NCBI GenBank assembly: GCA_040218735.1
Contig: JAVJQW010000012.1
Span: 224,001-288,000, forward strand
DNA: 64,000 bases
Direction of reading: 5' to 3'
Source of the DNA: Deltaproteobacteria bacterium
GTDB taxonomy: Bacteria; Myxococcota; Kuafuiibacteriia; Kuafuiibacteriales; Kuafuiibacteriaceae
Part shown: in pieces, positions 17,317 through 27,142 of the stretch
How positions within the stretch are numbered: position 1 is the stretch's first letter
Layout of the letters: each line of letters begins with the position of its first letter
Program-made: the position numbers and the translations under genes
The notes under the pieces: model-generated
Database searches by the model: none
Told to the model about the DNA's origin: nothing
The model's input: only the letters and a program-made list of their open reading frames with translations

Positions 17317-17354
17317 TACGAAGACCTTCGTAGATGTCTACGAAGATCTTCGTA
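17317..17354. promoter_or_regulatory. Tandem palindromic BlaI-type operator
   Basis: TACGAAG-AC-CTTCGTA (17317-17332) and TACGAAG-AT-CTTCGTA (17339-17354), 22-bp period, just upstream of the repressor gene. Confidence 0.85.
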
Positions 17355-17464
17355 CGATGAACCAACTAGCCCGGAGTCGCCGCAGGGGGCCCGGGGAGCC
17401 CCGGATCGGGCCTCGCTGCTTTCGTGGCGATCGACCGCCCAAAAGGCGTAGACTTCGCTCGTTC

Positions 17465-19045
17465 GTGGCGTCCGCGCTCCCCAACGCGATCGGCCGGTAT
17501 CGCATCCTCTGTGAGCTCGGGCAGGGCGGGATGGCCGTGTTGTATCTGGGCCGGGCGGTGGGGCCCGGCGGTTTCCAGCGCCTGTTCGCGATCAAGACGA
17601 TCCACGAGCAGTACTCCCGCGAGGAGGCGTTCGTTCAGATGTTCCTGGACGAGGCCCGGTTGGCCGCGCGGATTCATCACCCGAACGCCGTGCCGGTGTA
17701 CGAGGTCGGCGCCGACCAGGGGCGCCATTACATCGCGATGGAGTACGTGGACGGCGAGACGCTCTCGTCCACCATCTCCAAGGTCTGGAAGGCCGAGCCT
17801 CCCTTCCCGGTGGGCACCGCGCTACACATCGTCGAAGGCGTCTGCGAAGCCCTCCACGCGACCCACGAGCTCACCGACTCCACGGGCGCTTCCCTGAACG
17901 TCGTCCATCGCGACGTCTCGCCGCAGAACATCATGGTCGGCTACGACGGTATCCCGCGCCTGATGGACTTCGGGGTGGCGAAGGCCGCCGACCAGCTCGC
18001 GCACACGCGACCCGGCGTGAACAAGGGCAAGGTCGCGTATATGGCGCCCGAGCAGCTATCCGGCGGTACCTTGGATCGACGCGTCGACGTGTTCGCCCTC
18101 GCCGTCGTGCTGTGGGAGGCGCTCGCGGGCCGCCGCCTCTTCAAGGGCGAAAACGACTTCGTGACCGCCGACCGGATTCGCGCCGGCGTCATCCCGAAGC
18201 TCGACAACTTTCGCGACGACGTCCCGCCCGAGATCGGCCCCCTCCTGCGACGCGCGCTCGCCAAGGACCCGGCCCGTCGCCCCGCCTCCGCGCGCGACTT
18301 CGGCCGCGCGATCCGCGAGGTCGCGATGGAGCACCGCCTCCTCGTGTCCACGCCGGAGGTCGCAGAGGTGATGCGTCGGGTCTTCGCGAAGCGCTACGCG
18401 AAGCGGCAGGAGCTCGTCCGGCAGGCCTCCGAGCTGGGCGTCGTGGAGTCGACCGAGCTGTTGGGCGACGACGACGGCGCGCGCGCCTTCAACCACATCC
18501 CCACCGTCACCGGTGAGTTGTCCGTCGAACGCAGCCGCACCGAAGCCGGCGCCGCGGAGGGCTCCGCGAGCGCGTTCGTCCCGGAAGCCGCCACCACGAT
18601 CCGAAGGCGCACGGTCTTCCTCACCTTCGCCGGCGTCGCGCTCCTCGCGGCGCTGATGACGTTCGCCGTCCAGGCGTGGCTCACCGAGCCCGCGGAGACC
18701 CCGGTCCAGATCGTCACGCGACCGACGCCGGTCACGCCGAAGGTCGTCGAGCCGATCCGCATCGAGTTCGACGTGACGCCAGCGTCCGCGAAGCTGAGCG
18801 TGGACGACAAGCCGATCACCAAGACCCTCGTGCAAGAGCCCTCGGATCGCGAGCTCGTCGTGCACGTCTCGGCCGATGGCTTCGAGCCTCAGACCCGCGT
18901 CGTCCGACCGAACCGCACTCAGCGCGTCACCGTCGAGCTGACCCCGATCCCCGAGGTCAGACCCGATCCGCCTCCACCTCCCAAGCGACGCCGCCGCCCG
19001 GACCGAGGCAACCAACGGCTCCTGCTGGAGGGCGACGAGTTATGA
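17465..19045 (+). CDS. Membrane-anchored Ser/Thr protein kinase with a PEGA-like extracellular domain
   Basis: Start re-called at GTG 17465; LGQGGMA, AIK, HRDVSPQN, DFGVAK, YMAPE, one TM helix. Confidence 0.92.
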   Translation: MASALPNAIGRYRILCELGQGGMAVLYLGRAVGPGGFQRLFAIKTIHEQYSREEAFVQMFLDEARLAARIHHPNAVPVYEVGADQGRHYIAMEYVDGETLSSTISKVWKAEPPFPVGTALHIVEGVCEALHATHELTDSTGASLNVVHRDVSPQNIMVGYDGIPRLMDFGVAKAADQLAHTRPGVNKGKVAYMAPEQLSGGTLDRRVDVFALAVVLWEALAGRRLFKGENDFVTADRIRAGVIPKLDNFRDDVPPEIGPLLRRALAKDPARRPASARDFGRAIREVAMEHRLLVSTPEVAEVMRRVFAKRYAKRQELVRQASELGVVESTELLGDDDGARAFNHIPTVTGELSVERSRTEAGAAEGSASAFVPEAATTIRRRTVFLTFAGVALLAALMTFAVQAWLTEPAETPVQIVTRPTPVTPKVVEPIRIEFDVTPASAKLSVDDKPITKTLVQEPSDRELVVHVSADGFEPQTRVVRPNRTQRVTVELTPIPEVRPDPPPPPKRRRRPDRGNQRLLLEGDEL

Positions 19046-19860
19046 GGGCGGTGCTGACGATCGCCGTCGCGCTGTTCGTGTCGACGGCCGCGACGCAGGT
19101 CCTCGCCGCGCGTCCGCCGAGCCCCAAGCGCACGGCGTCGGCGCTCATCAACGAAGGCAACAAGTTGATGCGCAAGCGCGACTACCGCGCCGCGCTCGCG
19201 CGTTACCGGGCGGCGCACGAGCTGTACCCGACGCCGAAGATTTTCTTCAACATGGCGGAGGCGAGCATCGAGCTCGGTGAGCTCGTCCAGGCGGCCGAGT
19301 ACTACGAGCGGTTCATCGCCGAGTCGGGCGTGCGCAAACGCTCGAAGCTCCGCCGCGCGGCGAAGCGGCGCCTGAAGCGCCTGGGTAAGAAGCTCTCCAG
19401 GATCGACGTGAGCCAGCGCGCCGTCGGCGCAACCGTCTTCATCGATGGCACGAAGGTCGGGACGGCGCCGCTCAGCGGACACCGCGTCGTCGCGGGCACC
19501 CACGAGGTCGTCCTCGACAAGGCGGGGTTCCTGACGCGCACGATCCAGCTCGAGTGTCCGGCGGGCGAGCGGGTCGCGGTCGACGAGGCGCTCGAAGCGC
19601 GCGCGCCATCGCCACCTCCAGTGGCCGTCGCGCCGCCCCCTCCGGCGCCCCCTCCGCCTCCGCCGCCGCAGATCGTCGCGGCGCCCGTGGAACCCGAGGT
19701 CGACGAACCGCTCACCTCGAAGTGGTGGTTCTGGACGGCGGTCGTCGGCGCAGTCGCAGCGGGTGGCGTCGCAACCGCGTTGGTCGTCACGCGCTCGGAC
19801 GACTTCGCGCTCGACGCGGACCTCGGCGTCAGCTCGACCGCGGACTGGGAACGCCAGTAG
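19042..19860 (+). CDS. Exported TPR plus PEGA domain protein with C-terminal membrane anchor
   Basis: ATGA overlap with the kinase; signal peptide, TPR (YRAALARY...FNMAEA), PEGA (GATVFIDG...GTHEVVLDKAGF), Pro linker, KWWFWT anchor. Confidence 0.85.
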   Translation: MRAVLTIAVALFVSTAATQVLAARPPSPKRTASALINEGNKLMRKRDYRAALARYRAAHELYPTPKIFFNMAEASIELGELVQAAEYYERFIAESGVRKRSKLRRAAKRRLKRLGKKLSRIDVSQRAVGATVFIDGTKVGTAPLSGHRVVAGTHEVVLDKAGFLTRTIQLECPAGERVAVDEALEARAPSPPPVAVAPPPPAPPPPPPPQIVAAPVEPEVDEPLTSKWWFWTAVVGAVAAGGVATALVVTRSDDFALDADLGVSSTADWERQ

Positions 19861-22683
19861 CTACTGCTCGTAGCAGCCGCGATCCACGTTCGGGACCGTA
19901 CGCGTCACGCCGTCGAGTGAGACCCCGAGCGACAGCTCGGTCCACACCGTCGCGGGGTCCACGCCGGAGTCGCGGGCCGGGGCGATGGGCGTCAGGTGAC
20001 TGTCGTTCGGACCGCTGAAGAGCATGTCGTCGTTCACGACCCCGCCGACCTCTTCGAGGCCGTCGAGGTCGTACGTGCCGGACGCCGCCGTGAAGTCACC
20101 GAATACGGTGCCAAAACCTCGGTGATGCACCGCGTAGGCGCCGAAGCTCATCGGCGGGTCGAGCGCGAGCACGCCCGTGTCGTTCTGACTGCGGCGCTGC
20201 GCCCGGAACAGCGCCGTCGTCGTCGCCGTCGAGCTGGCCTCGACGATCGTGTTGACGAACCGGGCCTGGTCGACGTTGGCGATCTCGAACCCGGACACGG
20301 GGTGGTGCAGCGGCGGCGCGCCCTGGAGCCTGCAAGTCAGGTTGACGATGGCCGCGGTCACCGCGGGGTACTCGGAGCTGCTCGGGTTCCCTCCGGCGAC
20401 GCGCGCGCAGGTGCTCCAAGCGCCGCGTACCAGGACGTCCTGAACGATGACCCCCTGGCCGACGACGAAGCCCCAGAACAGGCCGCGGTTGGCGTCGTTG
20501 TCCGTTCGGATCTCGACCTGGCGAACGACGTGATGAGCCGGCAGGTCCATCCAGGCCCGGACACCCTCGACGAAGATCCCCGCCTCACCGACGCGCTGGT
20601 TTGCGTTCGCCACCACGGTGAGGTTGCTGACCTGCATCGGCGGCGCCGCGTCGGTCGTCAGCGCAATGACCGCGCGGTGGGAGGTCCACGCGCCGTTCTG
20701 CCGCAGCCAGACGTCTTCGTCGCGGCCCTCGAGGACGATCTCGTCCGCGGAGCCGCCCACGCCGACGATGTCGATCGGCCACGACACGACGACGTTGCCG
20801 GCGTAGGTCCCCGGCTCGATCTCGAGTCGCCCTCCGGGCCACAGGCTCCACGCCGCACGCTGGATCTCGTTGTCGTCCGCGGTCGTGAAGTCACACGCTG
20901 CGCAGGTACTCGGCCCGACACGAGCGACGGTGCGTCGCGGTCCGTCGTGGTCGCTGCGGTTCTGGAACGCGCCGGGCAGCACCCGGGTCCTCCCGTCGAT
21001 CGGGACGCCATCGAAGCTGACCCCGACCGCAGGGACGAGCACGCTGGCGGGCGGAGGCGTCGCGTCGGCGAAGAAGCGCGGGTCCAGCGGCGAGTCGATG
21101 TCCGCTCCGAGGGTGTTGTCGACGACGCGGTTGCTTGCATCGAACTCGTCGAGCCCACGCACGATGGCCGCCGGCGTCCCCTCGTGGACGTTGCCGGCGA
21201 CGGTCAGGCTCGACGTCGCGGTGCTGCCCACGATCAACGAGGTCGTTGCGCCGGACATCGTGACGAAGACGTTGTTGGCCACCGTGAGCCCCTGCGTCCC
21301 CGCCGCGGCGATCGTCGCGTCGTGACTCTGGTAGCTGACGTACGTGTTGTTGATGAGCCGGGAACGGTGCGCGAAGGACAGATCGCCGATGCCCTCCCAG
21401 TGACCGAAGATCCACGAGTTGGTGAGGTCGGTGTCCTCACTCAGACCCACCGCGAACTGAATGCTGTTGGCGCCGAACACCTCCGGGCGAATCGCGGCGA
21501 GGATCATTCGATCGATCTCGTGGCGACCGGTGCCGTCCTCGGCGACCTCTTCCGTCCAGGTGTCGATCAACTGATCGCAGGAGCCGGCAGACACGATCGA
21601 GAAGCCCTCCACGCGCACGCCGTCGCCGAGGAGGCGTACGCCACGAGCGTTCTGGCAACGCAGGTTGACGTCCTGGGGGCTGCGTCCCGCCGCCGCGCCG
21701 ATCCACGTGAGGCCCGGGAGCTGGATCCCTCCGGCCGGTGACTCGAAGTAGGACGGACCGTCGAGGTCGTCGTACAGGATCAAGTGATCGTACGGCTGCG
21801 CGGCCTGGGCGGCCTCGGCGACGGCGAGCTCGCCGACGAAGGTGCACACGGAGGACATCATGTTCTGCGGCGTGAGGTGCGGACAGGTCGCGTTGTCCGG
21901 GCCGACATAGACCGGCCGGAACAGCCGAAACGCCACGCGGACCTCGGCCGGGTCGAGCGCGCCCGCCGTAATCGCGACCGTCGCGGAGTACACACCCTCG
22001 GTGAGGGGCGCGGTGTCGACCGTGAGCGTGAGGGTGTGGTGGTCGTCGCCCGCGTCCACGAAGTCCGCCGTCATCCAGGGCTCGGTCGACGCGGAGAGCT
22101 CGGACGTGGCGCCGGGGTAGTCGACGTCGACCTCGAAGGTCAGCTCGGTGCCGCGATCCACCCACGGACGATCGAAGCTCGCCGGGCTCACGAGGATGCC
22201 GGGCGGGCGGCCCCCGTCGCGAACGCCGCCGTCGCGGGGCTCCTCTCCGCCGTCGCGGACACCAGCGTCGCGCGTGCCGCCGTCCCGCTCCTCGGCGGCG
22301 CCGAGGACGACCTCCAACGTGTTGCAGGCGTCGACCGAGCCGACGACGCTGGCCGTCCCGCGCGCGAGGAGCACGCCCGAGGCCTGCGTCGTGTCGTAGG
22401 CGGCAACGGTGAGCGTGAGGGGGTAGCCGGCCGAGGTCGGCGCGGGGTCGAAGGTCACCGCGAAGCTCGTCGAGTCACCTTCGAGCATCGCGACGTCGAA
22501 CACCCGGCGGTAAGTGTCGTCGTCGACCTCGAGTGTGGCTTCGAGCGAGCGCGTTCGTGTGGCGAGCGCGGCGTCGTCGATCCGGATCGTCGCGATCGCC
22601 CCGGGTGGTGCGTCGGAGCACGGCTCGCCGCCGGAGCACGCGAACAAGACGCCGCAGACCCATACCGAGACAGACCGACGCAC
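19861..22683 (-). CDS. Large lipoprotein with Ig-like and duplicated beta-helix-like modules
   Basis: Lipobox VLFAC, RDGG-repeat linker, INNT/ANNV beta-helix repeats, two modules ending GVSFDG...PGAFQ and GVSLDG...DRGCYEQ. Confidence 0.75.
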   Translation of the reverse strand: MRRSVSVWVCGVLFACSGGEPCSDAPPGAIATIRIDDAALATRTRSLEATLEVDDDTYRRVFDVAMLEGDSTSFAVTFDPAPTSAGYPLTLTVAAYDTTQASGVLLARGTASVVGSVDACNTLEVVLGAAEERDGGTRDAGVRDGGEEPRDGGVRDGGRPPGILVSPASFDRPWVDRGTELTFEVDVDYPGATSELSASTEPWMTADFVDAGDDHHTLTLTVDTAPLTEGVYSATVAITAGALDPAEVRVAFRLFRPVYVGPDNATCPHLTPQNMMSSVCTFVGELAVAEAAQAAQPYDHLILYDDLDGPSYFESPAGGIQLPGLTWIGAAAGRSPQDVNLRCQNARGVRLLGDGVRVEGFSIVSAGSCDQLIDTWTEEVAEDGTGRHEIDRMILAAIRPEVFGANSIQFAVGLSEDTDLTNSWIFGHWEGIGDLSFAHRSRLINNTYVSYQSHDATIAAAGTQGLTVANNVFVTMSGATTSLIVGSTATSSLTVAGNVHEGTPAAIVRGLDEFDASNRVVDNTLGADIDSPLDPRFFADATPPPASVLVPAVGVSFDGVPIDGRTRVLPGAFQNRSDHDGPRRTVARVGPSTCAACDFTTADDNEIQRAAWSLWPGGRLEIEPGTYAGNVVVSWPIDIVGVGGSADEIVLEGRDEDVWLRQNGAWTSHRAVIALTTDAAPPMQVSNLTVVANANQRVGEAGIFVEGVRAWMDLPAHHVVRQVEIRTDNDANRGLFWGFVVGQGVIVQDVLVRGAWSTCARVAGGNPSSSEYPAVTAAIVNLTCRLQGAPPLHHPVSGFEIANVDQARFVNTIVEASSTATTTALFRAQRRSQNDTGVLALDPPMSFGAYAVHHRGFGTVFGDFTAASGTYDLDGLEEVGGVVNDDMLFSGPNDSHLTPIAPARDSGVDPATVWTELSLGVSLDGVTRTVPNVDRGCYEQ

Positions 22684-22742
22684 GGCTCAGAGTGTGCCAG
22701 GCACCGAGGACGGGATCGACTCTTGCGCAGTCGGGCTCCCCT

Positions 22743-22852
22743 GGTGCACCGTCTCGGTCCTCGACCGAAAGGAGGCCGTACCATGTCTGCATCTCATCGC
22801 ACCGTCCCGACGCGCCTCTCTTCGGAGCGCGTCTCCCTCTGACCAAGGAGAC
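22743..22852 (+). promoter_or_regulatory. Candidate translational attenuator (alternative hairpins)
   Basis: GACGCGC (22809-15)/GCGCGTC (22827-33) hairpin with a cUUCGg loop competes with GTCTCC (22831-36)/GGAGAC (22847-52), which buries the downstream SD. Confidence 0.6.
22783..22842 (+). CDS. Putative leader peptide MSASHRTVPTRLSSERVSL (19 aa)
   Basis: SD AAAGGAGG (22768-22775) 7 nt before the ATG; TGA ends 2 nt before the SD of the rbfA-like gene. Confidence 0.6.
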   Translation: MSASHRTVPTRLSSERVSL

Positions 22853-22855
22853 ATC

Positions 22856-23224
22856 ATGGGCAATTCGCGTCGGCGGCGGCAGATGCCGTCGCCGTTCGCT
22901 TCGGATCCACTCGCCGACGAGCGAGGTTTCGACAAACGCAAGCTCCGCCAGCTGTGCCGGCAGGTCGAACGTGCGCTGACGTGTGCGCTCGACGACGTCG
23001 GGCTCTCGCACCTGGCGCTCACCGCCGTGCTCCCGTGGCCGAACTCGAGTCGGCTGCTGGTGGCGGTGCAGCCGACCGAGGACGGTGAGATCGATCGCGA
23101 TGCGATCCTCGACGAGCTGCGCGCGGCAAAGAGTGAGCTGAGGATGGTGGTCGCCGAGGCGATTCACCGGAAGCGAACGCCGGAGCTGTGTTTCGAGATC
23201 CTGTTGGATCCGAGCGAGGCATGA
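22856..23224 (+). CDS. Ribosome-binding factor A (RbfA)-like protein, divergent paralog
   Basis: ATG 22856 with SD AAGGAG; RKLRQLCRQVERAL...LRAAKSELRMVVAEAIHRKRTPELCF matches the RbfA C-terminal R-x-x-P-x-L-x-F pattern. Confidence 0.75.
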   Translation: MGNSRRRRQMPSPFASDPLADERGFDKRKLRQLCRQVERALTCALDDVGLSHLALTAVLPWPNSSRLLVAVQPTEDGEIDRDAILDELRAAKSELRMVVAEAIHRKRTPELCFEILLDPSEA

Positions 23225-23227
23225 ACC

Positions 23228-23264
23228 GAGCGGGGCGTCCCTGACGGGGGCGCCCCGCTCTTTT
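23228..23264 (+). terminator. Rho-independent terminator
   Basis: GAGCGGGGCGTCCC-TGAC-GGGGGCGCCCCGCTC followed by TTTT, right after the rbfA-like stop. Confidence 0.85.
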
Positions 23265-23343
23265 AGTTGTCGGCCAATTGGCTCACGCCGTCGAAGGCGC
23301 GCCGGCAAGGACACCCTGGTCGCGGCGTAGTAACCAGTCGCCC

Positions 23344-24948
23344 GTGGATCACGTCTTCCTCCGCACCGCGCAAGCCGCGAACCAGATTCCGCAAGATCTC
23401 CCCGAGGACGCTGAGCGTCGGCGGCGGGACGAACGACAACGCTGCGCCGAGCACGACTGCGACCTCGAACCCGTCGTCATCACCACCTACGGCGACCTCG
23501 CTGACCCCGCGGTGTGGCGCGCACGACCGCTCGCCCACGACGGGTGGAAGTGCCCGGTCGGTGATCACCTCGTGCTCGGCGCGATCCTGTCGCCGGAGCA
23601 GATCACCGCGTTGTCCGACGCAGGCGGCCGCGCCGCGCAGGCCGGCGACCTCGACGCCGCCGAGTACAACTTCCGGCGCATCGTCAGCGCGTGGCCCGGG
23701 TTCGCAAGTGGGCACTCGAACCTCGGCGCGGTGTACCTCGACCGCGTCGGCGCCGCGCAGCGCGCGGGTGAGGAGTTCCGACCGCTCCTCGACGTCGCGA
23801 TCCGCGAGCTGAGCCGCGCGCTCGACTGCGATCCGCCGGCGGGCGCGCAGACCCGCGTGATGCTCGGGCGCATCCAGGCGCGGCTCGGGCAGATCGCGGA
23901 GGCCTACGCGACGCTGAACCCCATCTTCGACGACCCGGACGCACCGCGGGCGTTCATCGACATGGCGCACGAGCTGGTGGCCTCGCTCCCGCCGGCGCCG
24001 GGCCCTCGCTTCGAACACCAAGACGTCGTGCTCACGCTCCCCGACGGCTGGCGCGCCGTGGACCCCGGCGGTCTGTCAGCGATGTTCGAGGGCCCCGACC
24101 ACGAGATGGTGAACGTCGCGCTCATGCCGAGCCCAGCGTGCAGCGAGGCGCACCTCGAGCACATGATGACGTTCCATCAGCAGGGCCTGCAGAAGAACTA
24201 CCCGCAGGTGCACCCCGAGCCCGCGCGGCGTTCGGATCGACCGGCGTACCTGTGCGCGAATCGCGTCTATCACGTGGACGGTGACGGGAAGCCGTGGACC
24301 GTCACCGCGCGGTACGCGATCTGCCGGTCGGCGAACCTGCAGGCGGGCATGACGTACCCGGCGGTGCAGATCGTCTACTACGGATCGAGCTGGGGTCCGT
24401 CGGCCGCGGTGATCGAAGCGATCGAGAACGCGCAGCTCTTCGGGCGGGTGGCGGCGGTGGTCGAGGCCATGCAACCCCCGGTGGCTTCACTCGAAGAGGC
24501 GATCGAGCGCGCAGAGCTCGGCGCGAGTCGCGCGGCGATCGAATCACACTGGCCCCGCGACACGCAGTGGACCTGGGACGACGCCAAGCAGACCTTGAGC
24601 GGGCGCCCCGAACCCATCGCGCCGTTCAGTTTGACCTACGAGCTCCCCGACGATCGCCTGGCCGCGATTCGCATCCTGATCCGCGCGCCGGGGGACTGGA
24701 GCACGATGGAGCTCCTCGAGGAGCACCTCCGGTATCAGCTCCCGAGCTTCACGTTTCTTTCGGTGCGCGATCCGTGGTCCCTGGATTCGGCGCGAGGGCG
24801 CCTCGAAGGCAAAGGCAACCCACGTTTCATGATGGGCGTCCCGATCGCAGGGACGAAGGACGGTACCCAGGTCAGCGGGAAGGCGTTTGCGTTCAACGTC
24901 GAGGGTCGGCAGCACTACGGGTTCGAGCTCATCTGGCGACCGCGCTGA
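23344..24948 (+). CDS. Hypothetical TPR-containing protein with a possible N-terminal metal-binding motif (start uncertain, 23278 or 23344)
   Basis: TPR-like GDLDAAEYNFRRIVSAWPGFASGHSNLGAVY; CAEHDC...WKCPVGDH. Confidence 0.65.
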   Translation: MDHVFLRTAQAANQIPQDLPEDAERRRRDERQRCAEHDCDLEPVVITTYGDLADPAVWRARPLAHDGWKCPVGDHLVLGAILSPEQITALSDAGGRAAQAGDLDAAEYNFRRIVSAWPGFASGHSNLGAVYLDRVGAAQRAGEEFRPLLDVAIRELSRALDCDPPAGAQTRVMLGRIQARLGQIAEAYATLNPIFDDPDAPRAFIDMAHELVASLPPAPGPRFEHQDVVLTLPDGWRAVDPGGLSAMFEGPDHEMVNVALMPSPACSEAHLEHMMTFHQQGLQKNYPQVHPEPARRSDRPAYLCANRVYHVDGDGKPWTVTARYAICRSANLQAGMTYPAVQIVYYGSSWGPSAAVIEAIENAQLFGRVAAVVEAMQPPVASLEEAIERAELGASRAAIESHWPRDTQWTWDDAKQTLSGRPEPIAPFSLTYELPDDRLAAIRILIRAPGDWSTMELLEEHLRYQLPSFTFLSVRDPWSLDSARGRLEGKGNPRFMMGVPIAGTKDGTQVSGKAFAFNVEGRQHYGFELIWRPR

Positions 24949-24958
24949 CCCTTCGGAC

Positions 24959-26047
<1,089 letters not shown>

Positions 26048-26170
26048 GTCGCCCCCCATAACGCGCGCGTAGGACGACGTCACGAACGACGGGTCAGGCG
26101 AACGACGCACGGACGAAGGCCCCCGGCCGATTGTCGAAGTGAAAGACAACCGGCTACTTCGTACGACAGC

Positions 26171-27124
26171 GTGCAGCTTCTACTGAAGAACCTGGCGCTC
26201 CTCGGCGCCGCGGCCCTGATCCTCTGGTCGATGACCCACTGCGCCCCCGCGCCGGAAGCTCCGCACGTGGATCGGTGCCTGGAGGGCACCACCGCCACCC
26301 CCGACGGCTGCCGCGCGGTCCCCAACTGGAACCCGTGGACGGTCGATGCCTCCGTGCCCCCGCCTCCGCGCGACGGGGGCCCACCGCCGCCCCCGCGCGA
26401 CGGCGGACCGCGCGACGCGGGGCCGCCGCGCGACGGCGGTATCCCCGAGGAACCGCTCGAAGGCCTCTCGGGGACGTGGGCGCTGGAGATCGTGAACGCG
26501 CAGATCGTGACCAACGAGTACGTGGGGACGCAGACGGTACTGTCGACGAGCATCGCGATCGTCGACGTTCGCCAGACCGACGAAGTGGTGGAGCTGGCGA
26601 CGCGCCTGTGCTCGGTCGTGTCGGAACCGTACGGCGAGACGACGACGTCGTTCGACCTCGGCTACGTCCAGAGCGTCCCGGTCGTCATCACGACCGCGTA
26701 CCTCGACGCGAGCTCGGAGACGTTCGAACCGTCGGAGCGGCGCTTCCTGATCGGTTGGGCGGCGGACGCGGACCCGATCGCCGAGCCCATCCCCGACACC
26801 GATGAAGACCCGCGTGTCTTCGACGTCGACGGCGACGGCGAGCCCGGCGTCACGATTCACGTGAGCGGCTCGCTCAACGGTGACCTCCACGTCGCGCAGC
26901 GCACGACGATCGAGCTGTACGGCGTCATCGAGTCCGACGAACGCATCGCCGGCACCAGCCGAACGACGATCGAGCGCGAGATCCTCGGCAGCACCAACCC
27001 GCTGCTGCGCGCGGGTGACACGACCCAACGCCCGCACCCGAACCTCGACCGAAGCCCGTTCGAGATGTTGCGCATGCCGTTCGGCGCGAGCTGCGACGAA
27101 GTCGCGATGGCGCTCGCGGACTAG
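26171..27124 (+). CDS. Exported hypothetical (lipo)protein with RDGG-repeat linker
   Basis: Signal peptide ending MTHC, PPPRDGG repeats, DVDGDGEPGVT Ca-binding-like motif. Confidence 0.7.
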   Translation: MQLLLKNLALLGAAALILWSMTHCAPAPEAPHVDRCLEGTTATPDGCRAVPNWNPWTVDASVPPPPRDGGPPPPPRDGGPRDAGPPRDGGIPEEPLEGLSGTWALEIVNAQIVTNEYVGTQTVLSTSIAIVDVRQTDEVVELATRLCSVVSEPYGETTTSFDLGYVQSVPVVITTAYLDASSETFEPSERRFLIGWAADADPIAEPIPDTDEDPRVFDVDGDGEPGVTIHVSGSLNGDLHVAQRTTIELYGVIESDERIAGTSRTTIEREILGSTNPLLRAGDTTQRPHPNLDRSPFEMLRMPFGASCDEVAMALAD

Positions 27125-27142
27125 TCGCCCTCACCAGCCGCG

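Noticed and set aside
22685-22700. Sigma54-like TGGCAC-ACTCT-GAGC on the minus strand before the 940-aa lipoprotein
   Set aside because: The -12 element lies 1 nt from the start codon, so the predicted TSS would fall inside the signal-peptide coding region
23221-23244. Mini-ORF MNRAGRP overlapping the rbfA-like stop (ATGA)
   Set aside because: Lies within the terminator stem, seven codons long, no other support
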